The notes: generated by a model from the letters alone, not told the origin. Counted from the first letter of the stretch, positions 48,687-59,521 are shown. The stretch is DNA of 64,000 bases from an uncultured virus (IMG/VR IMGVR_UViG_3300047458_000106) (IMGVR_UViG_3300047458_000106), one strand, 5' to 3'. Numbers and translations: made by a program.

Positions 48687-49061
48687 ATGGCGCACACACA
48701 AAATTACGAAGACATAGTTATACCACAAGGGACAGACACCGCAATAGAACTACATTTAGTTAAAGAATCTGACGGAACTGCATTTGATTTAACAAACTAT
48801 TCTGCAGAAGCAAAGATGAAACGTAGACATGGTGATAGTGCCAATGACCCAAATACTGTAACATTCAATGCAATCATACCAACACCTGCATCGTCAGGTA
48901 TTGTCACATTAAGTCTCTCTAGCGATTCATCGCAGGGTTTAAACACTCGAGGACGTTATGTATGGGATTGTGAAGTGTCTTTTGTAGATTCAGATGGTAA
49001 AACAATAGTACAAAGAGTCGCAGAAGGACAAGCAGAAATAAGTCCGTCTGTAACATATTAG
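48687..49061 (+). CDS. Small virion protein (BppU-N-like Ig fold)
   Basis: IPQGTD, FDLTNYS, GIVTLSL, GRYVWD, RVAEG...SPSVT. Confidence 0.65.
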   Translation: MAHTQNYEDIVIPQGTDTAIELHLVKESDGTAFDLTNYSAEAKMKRRHGDSANDPNTVTFNAIIPTPASSGIVTLSLSSDSSQGLNTRGRYVWDCEVSFVDSDGKTIVQRVAEGQAEISPSVTY

Positions 49062-49069
49062 GATTTTAA

Positions 49070-52000
49070 ATGGCAGTAAATAAGATTACGTTAAAAAAAG
49101 TAGTAGTCGGTACTCCGATAAAAACTGTAACTGCTGGTAGTTTTGGTATTAATAACTTGGGTGGTGTTACAACTACAGGACAAGCATCGGGTACCATACT
49201 AGCATTTAATCTTTCATCTGGTAATTACGAAGTTGCTCAGTTTACGGGCGACAGTAATATGTTTGTCACTTACGATAGTAGTGGTTCTCCAGATTCATTT
49301 AAAATTAATTTTACAAACGATTCTATCTCTGGTAATTTAGTACCAAGATTAGATTCTGCTCAAGATTTAGGGTCTGCTACAAAGAAATGGAAAGACTTAT
49401 TTTTAAGTGGCGGAACAATCAATATCGGTTCTCTTAAAGTTAAAGATGAAAATGGAAACTTTGTTGTTAGAGATAGTGATGGTGGAACAGTATTAACTAA
49501 TCCAAAATTTATCACAGTAAATGGTGATACAGATATTCTTGCATACGATAGTAATACTTCAACTTTTACTTTTAATGATTCAGACATAGCAAGAACAGAC
49601 GAAAATGAAACATTTCATAAAAACGTTATAATTGCTGGTGATTTAACTGTTCAAGGTACAACAACGACTGTTAACACAGAAGAAATTAATCTAGCAGATA
49701 ATATAATTCGAATTAACTCTAATGCTACAGGTGTTCCAACAGAAACTGGTGGTATTGCAATTGAACGTGGTGACTCTGATAATAAACTATTTGTCTGGGA
49801 CGAAACAAATGATAGATGGACAATTGTTTCAGAAACATTTTATACACTTGGTTTAATTCGTGGTGGTCAACTAGTTGGTGATTCAGGTACAATTACTAGT
49901 TTAGCATCAACAACACATACTGCTAATACAATTACTGCAAATAATACAACATCTGTAAACGTTACAAGTACAAACTTAATTACTGGTGCTAATGCAAACA
50001 TAGATTCTGCAACAATAGGTAATCTATCGATTACCAATATGTTAGCATCATCTGGTGATAGTGCCACATTTACGAACATAGCAAACACTCAGTTTACTGG
50101 TAGTCAAGCAACAATTGATTCTGCTACTATTACCAACTTAAATGCAGACAGTTCAGATATTAGGCAGTTGTCAACTGAATTTATTAATTTTGATTCGGCA
50201 TTCGGTGATAGTGCAACAATCACAAATCTAGCAAACACACAATTAACTGCAAGTCAAATAACTGTAGACTCTGCTACCATTAATACTTTAAACGTAGATA
50301 GTTCAGACGTTAGACAGATAAGTACAGAATTCATAAACTTTGACTCGGCATTTGGTGATTCTGCGACCATAACGAATATAGCAACTACACAGTTAACTGT
50401 TGCAAATGCAAACATAGACTCTGCTCATGTTACAAATTTATCTGCCGCTAATTTTTCAATGTCTTCTGGTGACTCGGCAACTATAACGAACATTGCTAAT
50501 ACACAGTTAACAGGAAGTCAAGCAACTTTAGATAGTGCAACTATTACAAAATTAAACGTAGATAGTGCAGACATAGACCATTTCTCTACTGAGAATATAA
50601 ACTTTGATAGTGCAACTGGTGACTCTGCGACTATAACAAACATAGCAAGTACAAACGTAAATGTTGACCAGTTATTTACAGATTCGGCAACAATTACAAA
50701 CATAGCAAATTCTGTTCTTACTGCAAAAGCAATTACAAATACAAGTCAAGTTGGAGATAGTGCAACTATTACAAACATTGCAAACTCAGTTTTAACTGCG
50801 AAGGCAATTACAGGTACAAGTGCAAATATAGATTCTGCAACGATAGGTAATTTAGCAACAACACAAATAACTTTATCGCAAGTTACGGCAGATAGTGCCA
50901 CAATTAATACAATTAATGCAGATAGTTCTGACATACGACAATTTAGTACAGAATTTATAAATGCAGATAGTGCCTTCATTGATTCTGCAACGATTGGTGG
51001 CATTGCTTTAGGTAATAATGATTTAGTTACAACAGGTAAACTTTACTATGCTAACGTCTTTGGTTCAGAAGGAGATTTACCAGATGCAAATTCGCATCAT
51101 GGAATGTTTGCTCACGTACATGGAACAGGTAAAGGTTACTTTGCTCATGCTGGTGCATGGCATCAATTATTAGATAAGTCTAGTGCGAATGATTCTGCAA
51201 CAATTACAAATTTAGCAAGTACTCAATTAACTGTTGATAATGCAACTTTTGATAGTTCTGCTCACAATACAATACATGCAAGTGCAGTAACAATTGATTC
51301 TGCAACAATTATAAATTTAGCAAATACACAGTTTACATCTTCACAGATTACATCTGATAGTGCAACGATTAATACTTTAAATGCAGACAGTTCTGATATC
51401 AGACAATTTTCAACTGAGTTTATTAACTTTGATTCTGCTTTTGGTGATAGTGCGACAATAACAAATATTGCAAACTCTGTATTAACTGCTAAAGTAATTA
51501 CAGGTGATTCCGCAACTGTTACAAATATAGCGAGTAGTCAATTAACAATTGACAATGCTTCATTTGATTCTGCGGCCGCTAACGTGCTTCATGCTGGCGA
51601 CTTAACTGCAGATTCGGCAACACTTAAAAATGTAGCAGTCACAACTCAATTGACTGGTAAAGATGCTACTTTTGATTCTGCCGCAACAAATAAATTACAC
51701 TCAGGTACAATTACAAGTGACTCTGCTACAGTAACAAATATAGCATCGACTAGTATCAATACCGATAATTTATTTGTAGATTCTGCGACAGTTACAAATT
51801 TAGCGAATACACAACTTACTGCGAGTCAGGCAACAATAGATTCTGCAGATATAGGTAACTTAAGAACTACAGGTGTATTACAAGCAGATTCAGTAAATGC
51901 AACTCAACTAGAATTATTAACAGGTGTTACAAACGTACCTGCACATAAAGAAGGTAGACTTTTCTACGATGATAGTAATAAAACGATAGGTTTCTATAGT

Positions 52001-54580
52001 GACGTTAGTGGTTTAGTTCACGAAGTAGGTATTGAAGAACATCAAAGAGTTTATAACAATAGTGGTGCAACAATCACAAAAGGTAAACCAGTATACTTCT
52101 CTGGTAACTACACGGGCGGTGCAGTAGATGTACCAACAGTAGCACTTGCAGATGCAACTGATACTGCAAAATACAATGCACAAGGTTTAACTGCAGTAGC
52201 AATACCAAATAATTCGTATGGATATATTCAGACTTCTGGTCAGTTATCAGGACTAGATACTTCTGGTTTAACTGCAGGTCAAAAAGTCTTTGTTGGTCTA
52301 GGTTCTGGTTTATTATCAAATTCTACACCACTATATCCAAACTATCCAATATGTTTAGGTTGGTGTGTAAGTTCGAATGCTTCAACGGGTGTAATTTTAC
52401 TTAACAGACAAGCACACACAATTGACTCATTAAGAGTTGTGACTTCGGGTCACATAGGAAGTAATTTACAGATTGACGGAAACTTAACAGTTCTAGGGTC
52501 AACAACCTCTGTATCGTCTGCAGACTTAACTGCTGGTACACCAATGTTCAGATTGAATGAAGGTAATGCAATCGGTGAGGCAGGAACAACTTTTTCGGGT
52601 ACAGGATTAGATGATGCCTTCTATTCAGGATTCTTTACTGGTACTGCGAATCAAAACTATTATGTTAGAATTGATGGTGTTGGTACAGGTGCAGGTGGCG
52701 TAGATACATTTGAAGTAGCATTTGCCGCAGATAGTACATTCTCTTCACCAGTATTAACTAAGCAACCAATTACTGGTTCTGCTCAGATGATTCATTCAAC
52801 TGATAACATTTCAATCAACTTTGCATCAACTACGGGTCACGATTCGGGCGCAAGATGGGCAGGTACTGCTGGACCAATTAATGTCGATACTGGTTTCTTC
52901 TCAAACAGAAACACTGGTTCTTCAGGTGTAGGATTTACTTATGTTGGTATTTACTATGATGTTTCAGATGATAAATGGAAACTAATAGATGAATACGATT
53001 CAAACCCAAGTGGTAGTATTAATGAAGCAGATGCTTCTTACAGTTTAGGTACATTAAAACTTGATACTCTAGAAGGTAATGTTACAGGTAATGTAACTGG
53101 TAATGTATCAGGAACTGCCGCTACTGTTACAGGTGCCGCACAGTCTAATATTACAAGTGTTGGTACTCTTACTGGGTTAACAGTTGGTGGTGATTTAACT
53201 CTTGACTCTGCGGGTGCAGTAGTTTACGATAAGTCTGAAAAAGCATTAACATTCGGTGATAAGCATTTTATAAAATTTGGAACTGGTGGTGATGCAAACA
53301 TAAGACATGACGGAAACAATACTAAATTTACACATACGGGTACGGGTGGATTATATATTGGTGCAGATACTTTTGCACTTCAAAATGGAACACACGATGA
53401 AAACTATATTGTCATGGGAGACAATAGTTCGGTAGAATTATATGAAGATAATGTTAAAAGGTTAGAAACAACCACAACTGGTGTCTCTGTCACTGGACTT
53501 ATGGCAAGTACGACTGCGACTGCAGACTCGGCCACAATAGGTAATCTTGCTTCTAGTTCAATAAACACAAATGCATTACAAGTAGATGATATCACGATAG
53601 ATGGCACAGAAATAGATTTATCTAGTGGTGACTTAACATTAGATGTTGCAGGAGATATTATCCTTGATGCTGATGGTGGAGATATAAGATTTAAAGATGG
53701 TGGTACAGAAATTGGTGTTATAGAAAATTCTAGTTCTGATTTACAAATAAAATCTGCTGTACAAGATAAGGACATAATATTTAGAGGTAATGATGGTGGT
53801 TCTGGGATTAATGCACTTACTCTTGATATGTCTGCAGGTGGTGCGGCAATATTCAGCGACCAAATAACTCTTGGTGGTAATTTAATCCATGCAGGAAACC
53901 TTACTGTAGATGTAGGTGGTGATATAACACTTGATGCAGATGGTGGAGATATTAAATTAAGCAATGGTGGTACTCAGTTTGCAAACTTTGGCGACGCCAC
54001 CGGTGCTGTACATATAGATGCTGTAATTTCAGATGATGATATTAAATTTAGAGGTGTTAGTGATGGCACTACATTTACTGCATTGACATTAGATATGTCT
54101 GATAGAGGTAATGCAACCTTTGGTGCTGGTGCTACCTTTAATAGAAGAACTGAAATATCAACTGATTCTGATTATCAACTTAGAATTGACAATGGTAGTA
54201 ATATTTGGTATAATCGAGTTCAAGGTGATGGTACTTTTGCTTTACACTTAAATGGTACTGGAAATATTCTCCATGCAACTTCAACTGGTATAGGTGTCAC
54301 GGGTAATGCAGATATATCTGGTACATTATCAGTTGGTAATTTAAATGTAGACTCTGCAGACATAATTAAGATTGCAAGAGATAATTTATCTACTGGTCAA
54401 GCAGGATTAACTTACGATAGTTCTGGTGGTCAGTTTGGACTAAATGCAAATCATGTAATGGCACTAATACAAACAGTTGACTCAAATGGTAGTGGTCTAA
54501 ATGCCGCAACGTTAGATGGCCAAGAAGGTACACACTACAGAATTAACGTATACAATAACTCAGGAACTCTATTGAATTAA
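49070..54580 (+). CDS. Long tail fibre, 1836 aa
   Basis: DLGSATKKWKDLFL, GDLTVQGTTTTVN, DSAT repeats, DADGGDI repeats, C-terminal GSGLNAATLDG. Confidence 0.85.
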   Translation: MAVNKITLKKVVVGTPIKTVTAGSFGINNLGGVTTTGQASGTILAFNLSSGNYEVAQFTGDSNMFVTYDSSGSPDSFKINFTNDSISGNLVPRLDSAQDLGSATKKWKDLFLSGGTINIGSLKVKDENGNFVVRDSDGGTVLTNPKFITVNGDTDILAYDSNTSTFTFNDSDIARTDENETFHKNVIIAGDLTVQGTTTTVNTEEINLADNIIRINSNATGVPTETGGIAIERGDSDNKLFVWDETNDRWTIVSETFYTLGLIRGGQLVGDSGTITSLASTTHTANTITANNTTSVNVTSTNLITGANANIDSATIGNLSITNMLASSGDSATFTNIANTQFTGSQATIDSATITNLNADSSDIRQLSTEFINFDSAFGDSATITNLANTQLTASQITVDSATINTLNVDSSDVRQISTEFINFDSAFGDSATITNIATTQLTVANANIDSAHVTNLSAANFSMSSGDSATITNIANTQLTGSQATLDSATITKLNVDSADIDHFSTENINFDSATGDSATITNIASTNVNVDQLFTDSATITNIANSVLTAKAITNTSQVGDSATITNIANSVLTAKAITGTSANIDSATIGNLATTQITLSQVTADSATINTINADSSDIRQFSTEFINADSAFIDSATIGGIALGNNDLVTTGKLYYANVFGSEGDLPDANSHHGMFAHVHGTGKGYFAHAGAWHQLLDKSSANDSATITNLASTQLTVDNATFDSSAHNTIHASAVTIDSATIINLANTQFTSSQITSDSATINTLNADSSDIRQFSTEFINFDSAFGDSATITNIANSVLTAKVITGDSATVTNIASSQLTIDNASFDSAAANVLHAGDLTADSATLKNVAVTTQLTGKDATFDSAATNKLHSGTITSDSATVTNIASTSINTDNLFVDSATVTNLANTQLTASQATIDSADIGNLRTTGVLQADSVNATQLELLTGVTNVPAHKEGRLFYDDSNKTIGFYSDVSGLVHEVGIEEHQRVYNNSGATITKGKPVYFSGNYTGGAVDVPTVALADATDTAKYNAQGLTAVAIPNNSYGYIQTSGQLSGLDTSGLTAGQKVFVGLGSGLLSNSTPLYPNYPICLGWCVSSNASTGVILLNRQAHTIDSLRVVTSGHIGSNLQIDGNLTVLGSTTSVSSADLTAGTPMFRLNEGNAIGEAGTTFSGTGLDDAFYSGFFTGTANQNYYVRIDGVGTGAGGVDTFEVAFAADSTFSSPVLTKQPITGSAQMIHSTDNISINFASTTGHDSGARWAGTAGPINVDTGFFSNRNTGSSGVGFTYVGIYYDVSDDKWKLIDEYDSNPSGSINEADASYSLGTLKLDTLEGNVTGNVTGNVSGTAATVTGAAQSNITSVGTLTGLTVGGDLTLDSAGAVVYDKSEKALTFGDKHFIKFGTGGDANIRHDGNNTKFTHTGTGGLYIGADTFALQNGTHDENYIVMGDNSSVELYEDNVKRLETTTTGVSVTGLMASTTATADSATIGNLASSSINTNALQVDDITIDGTEIDLSSGDLTLDVAGDIILDADGGDIRFKDGGTEIGVIENSSSDLQIKSAVQDKDIIFRGNDGGSGINALTLDMSAGGAAIFSDQITLGGNLIHAGNLTVDVGGDITLDADGGDIKLSNGGTQFANFGDATGAVHIDAVISDDDIKFRGVSDGTTFTALTLDMSDRGNATFGAGATFNRRTEISTDSDYQLRIDNGSNIWYNRVQGDGTFALHLNGTGNILHATSTGIGVTGNADISGTLSVGNLNVDSADIIKIARDNLSTGQAGLTYDSSGGQFGLNANHVMALIQTVDSNGSGLNAATLDGQEGTHYRINVYNNSGTLLN
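49870..51900 (+). repeat. Coding repeat array DSAT(I/V)TN, including four NxDSSD(I/V)RQxSTEFINxDSA units
   Basis: Visible in the translation; codon-diverged at DNA level; boundaries approximate. Confidence 0.85.
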
Positions 54581-54582
54581 TA

Positions 54583-54590
54583 GATAAATA
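54583..54590 (+). promoter_or_regulatory. Late promoter variant 5 nt upstream of the gp13 ATG
   Basis: GATAAATA-GTAAT-ATG. Confidence 0.6.
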
Positions 54591-54595
54591 GTAAT

Positions 54596-55369
54596 ATGGC
54601 AAAAATAAGTAACAGAAATGATTTTAGAGACTACGTACTACGTAGACTTGGATATCCAGTTATAGAAATAAATGTAGACGATGACCAAATCGAAGATAGA
54701 ATTGATGATGGTTTACAGTTATTTCGTGAGTATGCCGCAGATGGTCAGTTAAGAGTTTTTCAACCTGTATTAATTACTCAAGCAATGGTTGATGCTAAAA
54801 GTATTGATTTAAACACCGCTTTGCCAGCAGTTGCAAATAGAATACTAGATGTTGTAAAAGTTTTTATGATAGGTGATTCAACATCAAATGTAAACTTCTT
54901 TGATATCAAATATCAAATGCGATTAAATGACCTTGCAGATTTGGCAACAGGTGTAGGTGATTTAGCATATTACGAACACATGCAACAATATCTTTCTATG
55001 ATTGATTTAAAACTTACTGGTCAACCTCAAATACAATTTAGTAGACACAGTGGTACATTGTTTATCGCTGGTGATTTACGTGATGGTGGCGATATAAAGG
55101 TTGGCGATTACATCATGCTTGAAATGTTTGTTGAAGAAGCAGAAAGTGTTGGTGGTGTTTACAATAATTTATTCATGAAAAATTATGTAACTGCGATATT
55201 GAAAAAACAATGGGGAGAAAATATAAGTAAATTCGAAGGTATGACACTCCCTGGTGGTGTGACGTTAAATGGTAGACAATTGATTGATGATGCTAAAGAA
55301 GAAATAGAAAGAGAAATAGAAAAACTAAGAAACGAGTATGACAATCCACCTAATTTCTTTGTAGGGTAG
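54596..55369 (+). CDS. gp13: Neck protein gp13
   Basis: LRRLGYPVIEINVDDDQIEDRID, KKQWGEN..KF.G..LPGGVTLNG. Confidence 0.95.
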   Translation: MAKISNRNDFRDYVLRRLGYPVIEINVDDDQIEDRIDDGLQLFREYAADGQLRVFQPVLITQAMVDAKSIDLNTALPAVANRILDVVKVFMIGDSTSNVNFFDIKYQMRLNDLADLATGVGDLAYYEHMQQYLSMIDLKLTGQPQIQFSRHSGTLFIAGDLRDGGDIKVGDYIMLEMFVEEAESVGGVYNNLFMKNYVTAILKKQWGENISKFEGMTLPGGVTLNGRQLIDDAKEEIEREIEKLRNEYDNPPNFFVG

Positions 55370-55372
55370 GTC

Positions 55373-56245
55373 ATGGCAACAAACCAGTATTTTAAACAGA
55401 AAGTTCGTTCAGAACAACAACTCTTTGAGGATTTAGTTATAGAATCTTTACAGATGTTTGGACAAGATGTCTATTATTTACCTAGAGAAATAGTTAACAA
55501 AGATAAAATCTTTTTAGATGACGTTCCATCTAGATTTTCAGATGCATACAAAGTAGAAATGTATATTGAAAATGCAGAAGGGTTTGAAGGTGAAGGAGAT
55601 TTATTTACAAAGTTTGGTGTAGAGTTAAGGGACCAAGCAACATTTATTGTTTCAAGAAAAAGATGGGTGCAATTAGTTGGTAAACGATTAGAGGTAGCAA
55701 ACTTTAGACCAAGAGAAGGTGATTTAATATATTTACCAATGTCTGAATCTATGTTTGAAATACGTAGAGTTGAAACTGAAACACCATTTTATCAATTAAA
55801 AGATTTACCAACATTTAGATTACAATGTGAATTGTTTGAGTACAGTGGTGAAGACTTTGATACTGGCGTAGACACAATACAAGATGTTGAAACAGAAGGT
55901 TCTTTCAAATATAATTTATCACTTGATTCAGGTGGTGGTAGATTTATTCAAGGTGAAACTGTCACACAAGTATTCGATACTTATAATATGATTGGAGAAG
56001 TTGCATTTGCATCTGATTCTGGTAATACTTTACAACTAATTCACAGTGGCGCAACTGATGGATTGTTTCATGAATGGACTACAACTAGAAGTATTATTGG
56101 TAACCAAAGTCAACACGTGGCAACACCGACTTCAATAAATCAAATAAATGATATATTGAGTGATAATCAGAATAAAACTTTTGACGATTTTGAGTCAGAC
56201 TTTCTAGACTTTAGTGAAGGTAATCCATTTGGAGATATGTCGTAA
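55373..56245 (+). CDS. gp14: Neck protein gp14
   Basis: EQQLFEDLVIES, GQDVYYLPRE, RPREGDLIYLP, DFSEGNPFG. Confidence 0.95.
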   Translation: MATNQYFKQKVRSEQQLFEDLVIESLQMFGQDVYYLPREIVNKDKIFLDDVPSRFSDAYKVEMYIENAEGFEGEGDLFTKFGVELRDQATFIVSRKRWVQLVGKRLEVANFRPREGDLIYLPMSESMFEIRRVETETPFYQLKDLPTFRLQCELFEYSGEDFDTGVDTIQDVETEGSFKYNLSLDSGGGRFIQGETVTQVFDTYNMIGEVAFASDSGNTLQLIHSGATDGLFHEWTTTRSIIGNQSQHVATPTSINQINDILSDNQNKTFDDFESDFLDFSEGNPFGDMS

Positions 56246-57027
56246 TGTTTGGTACTCATTTCTATCACAAAAGAGTTCGAAGTGCAGTAAGTGTCTTTGG
56301 GTCGTTATTTAATAATCTTTATGTACTTAGACAGAACTCTGCAGGTGAAACTATTTCACAAGTTAAAGTGCCACTATCATATGCGCCAAAAAGAAACTTT
56401 CTTGCTCGAATAGAACAAATGACAAATGGCGAACAAAATGAAAGACTCGTTGCAATTAAATTACCACGTATGTCTTTTGAAATAAATGGTATAGCGTACG
56501 ATGAAACAAGACAATTAAATAAGATGAATAACTTAAATAAAGTTCTTGCTGGTTCAACAATATCAAGACAAAAGTTATTTACTGCAACACCATACAACAT
56601 TAATTTTGATTTAAATGTTTATGCTAAGTCTCAAGACGATGCACTACAAATAGTAGAACAAATATTTCCATTCTTTACGCCACAATATACTGTTTCAGTA
56701 AAACCTTTTAGTAATGTTGCATTGAGTGAAGACGTACCAATTACATTGACAAGTGTTTCTTTTACAGATGACTTTGAAGGTTCAATAGAACAAAGACGAA
56801 CAATTGTATATACACTAAGTTTTGAAATGAAAATAAACTTTCACGGACCACTTGGCACAAGTAAAATTATTCGTGAAGTTAGTAATAACTTGTTTATCAT
56901 TGATAGTGCGGCAGATAGTGGTGATTACTACAAAACACAAAATATAACACCAACACCAGCAAATGTAAGTGCAGATAGTGATTATGGATTCAATACAGTA
57001 GATTCCGATAATATAAGTAATATATGA
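56245..57027 (+). CDS. gp15: Tail terminator / sheath stabilizer gp15
   Basis: FYH, FGSLFNN, VPLSYAPK, LPRMSFE, QIVEQIFPFFTP. Confidence 0.95.
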   Translation: MFGTHFYHKRVRSAVSVFGSLFNNLYVLRQNSAGETISQVKVPLSYAPKRNFLARIEQMTNGEQNERLVAIKLPRMSFEINGIAYDETRQLNKMNNLNKVLAGSTISRQKLFTATPYNINFDLNVYAKSQDDALQIVEQIFPFFTPQYTVSVKPFSNVALSEDVPITLTSVSFTDDFEGSIEQRRTIVYTLSFEMKINFHGPLGTSKIIREVSNNLFIIDSAADSGDYYKTQNITPTPANVSADSDYGFNTVDSDNISNI

Positions 57028-57593
57028 TATATGAAAAAAAGAACACTCTAAATAAAGAGGTTTGTAATGATATGATATCTTGGTATGAAAACAAGTTAAT
57101 CGCTGGTGAAGTTGGAATCAATTGTGCGAATGTTTCTAATGAAATTAGAAAAGACGTATCTATTACTGCTTGTCATAAGTTTGAATCTTTTGAACCTTTT
57201 TATAATCAATTGAATTCTATTATTAAAAAACATATTAAAAGATGTTTTAAAAAGTGGCATATAGAAGAAGGAAATTATATCATTACTGGATATAAATTTC
57301 AAAAAAGTACAGAAGGTGGTGGTTTTACTAAATGGCATTCTGAATTAGATGTATTTAATCCAAAAACATCAAAAAGTGAAAATAGATTTGGTGTTTGGAT
57401 GGTTTATTTAAATGATACTGATACAGGATATACAGATTTTATGCATCAAGAACTATCAATAAAACCAGAAACTGGTAAATTAGTTATTTGGCCTGCATAT
57501 TTTACACATACACACCGTGCGAATCCAGATTTAAAAGAAGATAAATACATTATAACTGGGTGGTTGGAGATAGGACATGAAAGAAACAGATAA
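57024..57593 (+). CDS. 2OG-Fe(II) oxygenase (prolyl-hydroxylase-like)
   Basis: GGFTKWHSE, WMVYLND, GKLVIWPAYFTHTHR, KYIITGW. Confidence 0.85.
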   Translation: MIYEKKNTLNKEVCNDMISWYENKLIAGEVGINCANVSNEIRKDVSITACHKFESFEPFYNQLNSIIKKHIKRCFKKWHIEEGNYIITGYKFQKSTEGGGFTKWHSELDVFNPKTSKSENRFGVWMVYLNDTDTGYTDFMHQELSIKPETGKLVIWPAYFTHTHRANPDLKEDKYIITGWLEIGHERNR

Positions 57594-57921
57594 TAAAAAC
57601 GTAGATGCAGATTACGAATACAGTCGTAAAACTTACTATGAACTTATAGAAAAGAGTAAAGAGACTCTAGATTTAATGGCAGATGTTGCCAGAGAATCAG
57701 AACACCCACGTGCTTTTGAAGTATTTGGTAACATGGTAAAACAAATAGCAGATGTTAACGACAAGTTGATGGACGTTAATGCTAAATTAAAAAAAGTAAA
57801 AAATGAAGAGGATATCAAACAAATAGGACAAACGACTAATAATCTTTTTGTAGGCACAACTACAGAATTACAAAGATTAATACAAAAAGAGAATATTATA
57901 GATGTTGAACCAGAAGAATGA
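57577..57921 (+). CDS. gp16: Terminase small subunit gp16
   Basis: DYEYSR, ARESEHPRAFEV, NNLFVGTTTELQ. Confidence 0.93.
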   Translation: MKETDNKNVDADYEYSRKTYYELIEKSKETLDLMADVARESEHPRAFEVFGNMVKQIADVNDKLMDVNAKLKKVKNEEDIKQIGQTTNNLFVGTTTELQRLIQKENIIDVEPEE

Positions 57922-59521
57922 TACTTATCTCGGTAACGTAAATGTTAAACGTGATGGTGTTCAACATGACTTTACTAAGAAAGAAATCAAAGAATACGTA
58001 AAGTGTAGTAAAGACCCTGCATACTTTTGCGAAACGTATTTAAAAATTATTTCACTTGACAAAGGTCTTGTGCCTTTTAAACTATATCCATATCAACATC
58101 AAATGTTTTCTCATTTTGATAACAACAGATTTTCTATTGTATTAGCATGTCGACAATCAGGTAAATCAATTAGTTCAGTTGCATATCTATTATGGTATGC
58201 ATGTTTTCACCCCGAAAAAACGATTGCGATACTGGCAAACAAAGGTGCAGTAGCAAGAGAAATGTTAGCAAGAATAACTCTTATGTTAGAGAATCTACCT
58301 TTCTTTCTTCAACCAGGTACCAAAGCACTTAACAAAGGTTCACTAGAATTTAGTAACAACAGTCGTATTATCGCATCGGCAACTTCTGGTAGTTCGATTC
58401 GTGGTATGTCAGTCAACCTATTGTATCTTGATGAGTTTGCTTTTGTAGAACGTGCCAATGAGTTTTACACATCTACATATCCTGTTATTTCTGCTGGTAC
58501 TGATACGAAAGTAATCGTGACTTCGACTGCAAATGGAATCGGTAATACGTTTCATAAACTATGGGAAGGTGCATGTCAAAATGTAAATGAGTTTGTGCCA
58601 TTTACTGTAAATTGGAATGATGTCCCTGGACGTGACGAGAAATGGAAAGAAATGACAATCGCAAATACGTCTGCTTTACAATTCGACCAAGAGTTTGGTA
58701 ACACATTCTTTGGTACAGGTGATACTTTGATTAATGGTGAAACACTCATGGGTTTTCGTGCAAAGAATCCACGAAAGGTACGAGAGAATGGTGATTTATT
58801 AATTTATCGAGAACCTACTAAAGACCACCAATACATCATGACAGTAGATGTCTGCAAAGGAAGGGGACAGGATTATTCTACGTTTAACGTTATCGATATT
58901 AGCACTAGGCCCTTTAAACAAGTCGCTGTTTATCGCAATAATACTATTTCTCCTGTTTTGTTTCCTAATATTATATATAAGTACGCCAAATTCTATAATG
59001 ACTGTTATGTTGTTATAGAATCAAATGACCAGGGTTCTGTAGTCTGCAATGGACTATATCAAGAACTAGAATATGAAAATATTCACATGGAATCTGCAGT
59101 TAAGGCAGATAGAATTGGTATTGAAATGACACGTAAAGTAAAACGTATTGGGTGTTCATCAATTAAAGATATTCTAGAGCATCGTAAACTCCAGATATAC
59201 GATGAACAAACGATACTTGAAATATCTACATTTACTGCTCGAGGTCAATCTTACGAAGCAAGTGATGGTAATCATGACGACCTAATGATGAATCTAGTAT
59301 TATTTGGTTACTTTGTTTCTGGTACGTATTTTAGAGACTTAACTGACATTGACTTGAAAAAAATAATGTTTGAAGATAGAATGAAAGAAATAGATGAAGA
59401 TGTACCACCTGTTGGATTCATAGATGATGGAACTCAGTTTGAACAAGAACTAGAAAGAAAAGAAGAAGCGGAACGTTGGTTTGAACAACACAATGACCAA
59501 ATCATACAAGAAGAGTGGTAG
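57902..59521 (+). CDS. gp17: Terminase large subunit gp17
   Basis: RQSGKS Walker A, YLDEFAF Walker B, STANG, DVCKGRGQDYS, HDDL. Confidence 0.97.
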   Translation: MLNQKNDTYLGNVNVKRDGVQHDFTKKEIKEYVKCSKDPAYFCETYLKIISLDKGLVPFKLYPYQHQMFSHFDNNRFSIVLACRQSGKSISSVAYLLWYACFHPEKTIAILANKGAVAREMLARITLMLENLPFFLQPGTKALNKGSLEFSNNSRIIASATSGSSIRGMSVNLLYLDEFAFVERANEFYTSTYPVISAGTDTKVIVTSTANGIGNTFHKLWEGACQNVNEFVPFTVNWNDVPGRDEKWKEMTIANTSALQFDQEFGNTFFGTGDTLINGETLMGFRAKNPRKVRENGDLLIYREPTKDHQYIMTVDVCKGRGQDYSTFNVIDISTRPFKQVAVYRNNTISPVLFPNIIYKYAKFYNDCYVVIESNDQGSVVCNGLYQELEYENIHMESAVKADRIGIEMTRKVKRIGCSSIKDILEHRKLQIYDEQTILEISTFTARGQSYEASDGNHDDLMMNLVLFGYFVSGTYFRDLTDIDLKKIMFEDRMKEIDEDVPPVGFIDDGTQFEQELERKEEAERWFEQHNDQIIQEEW

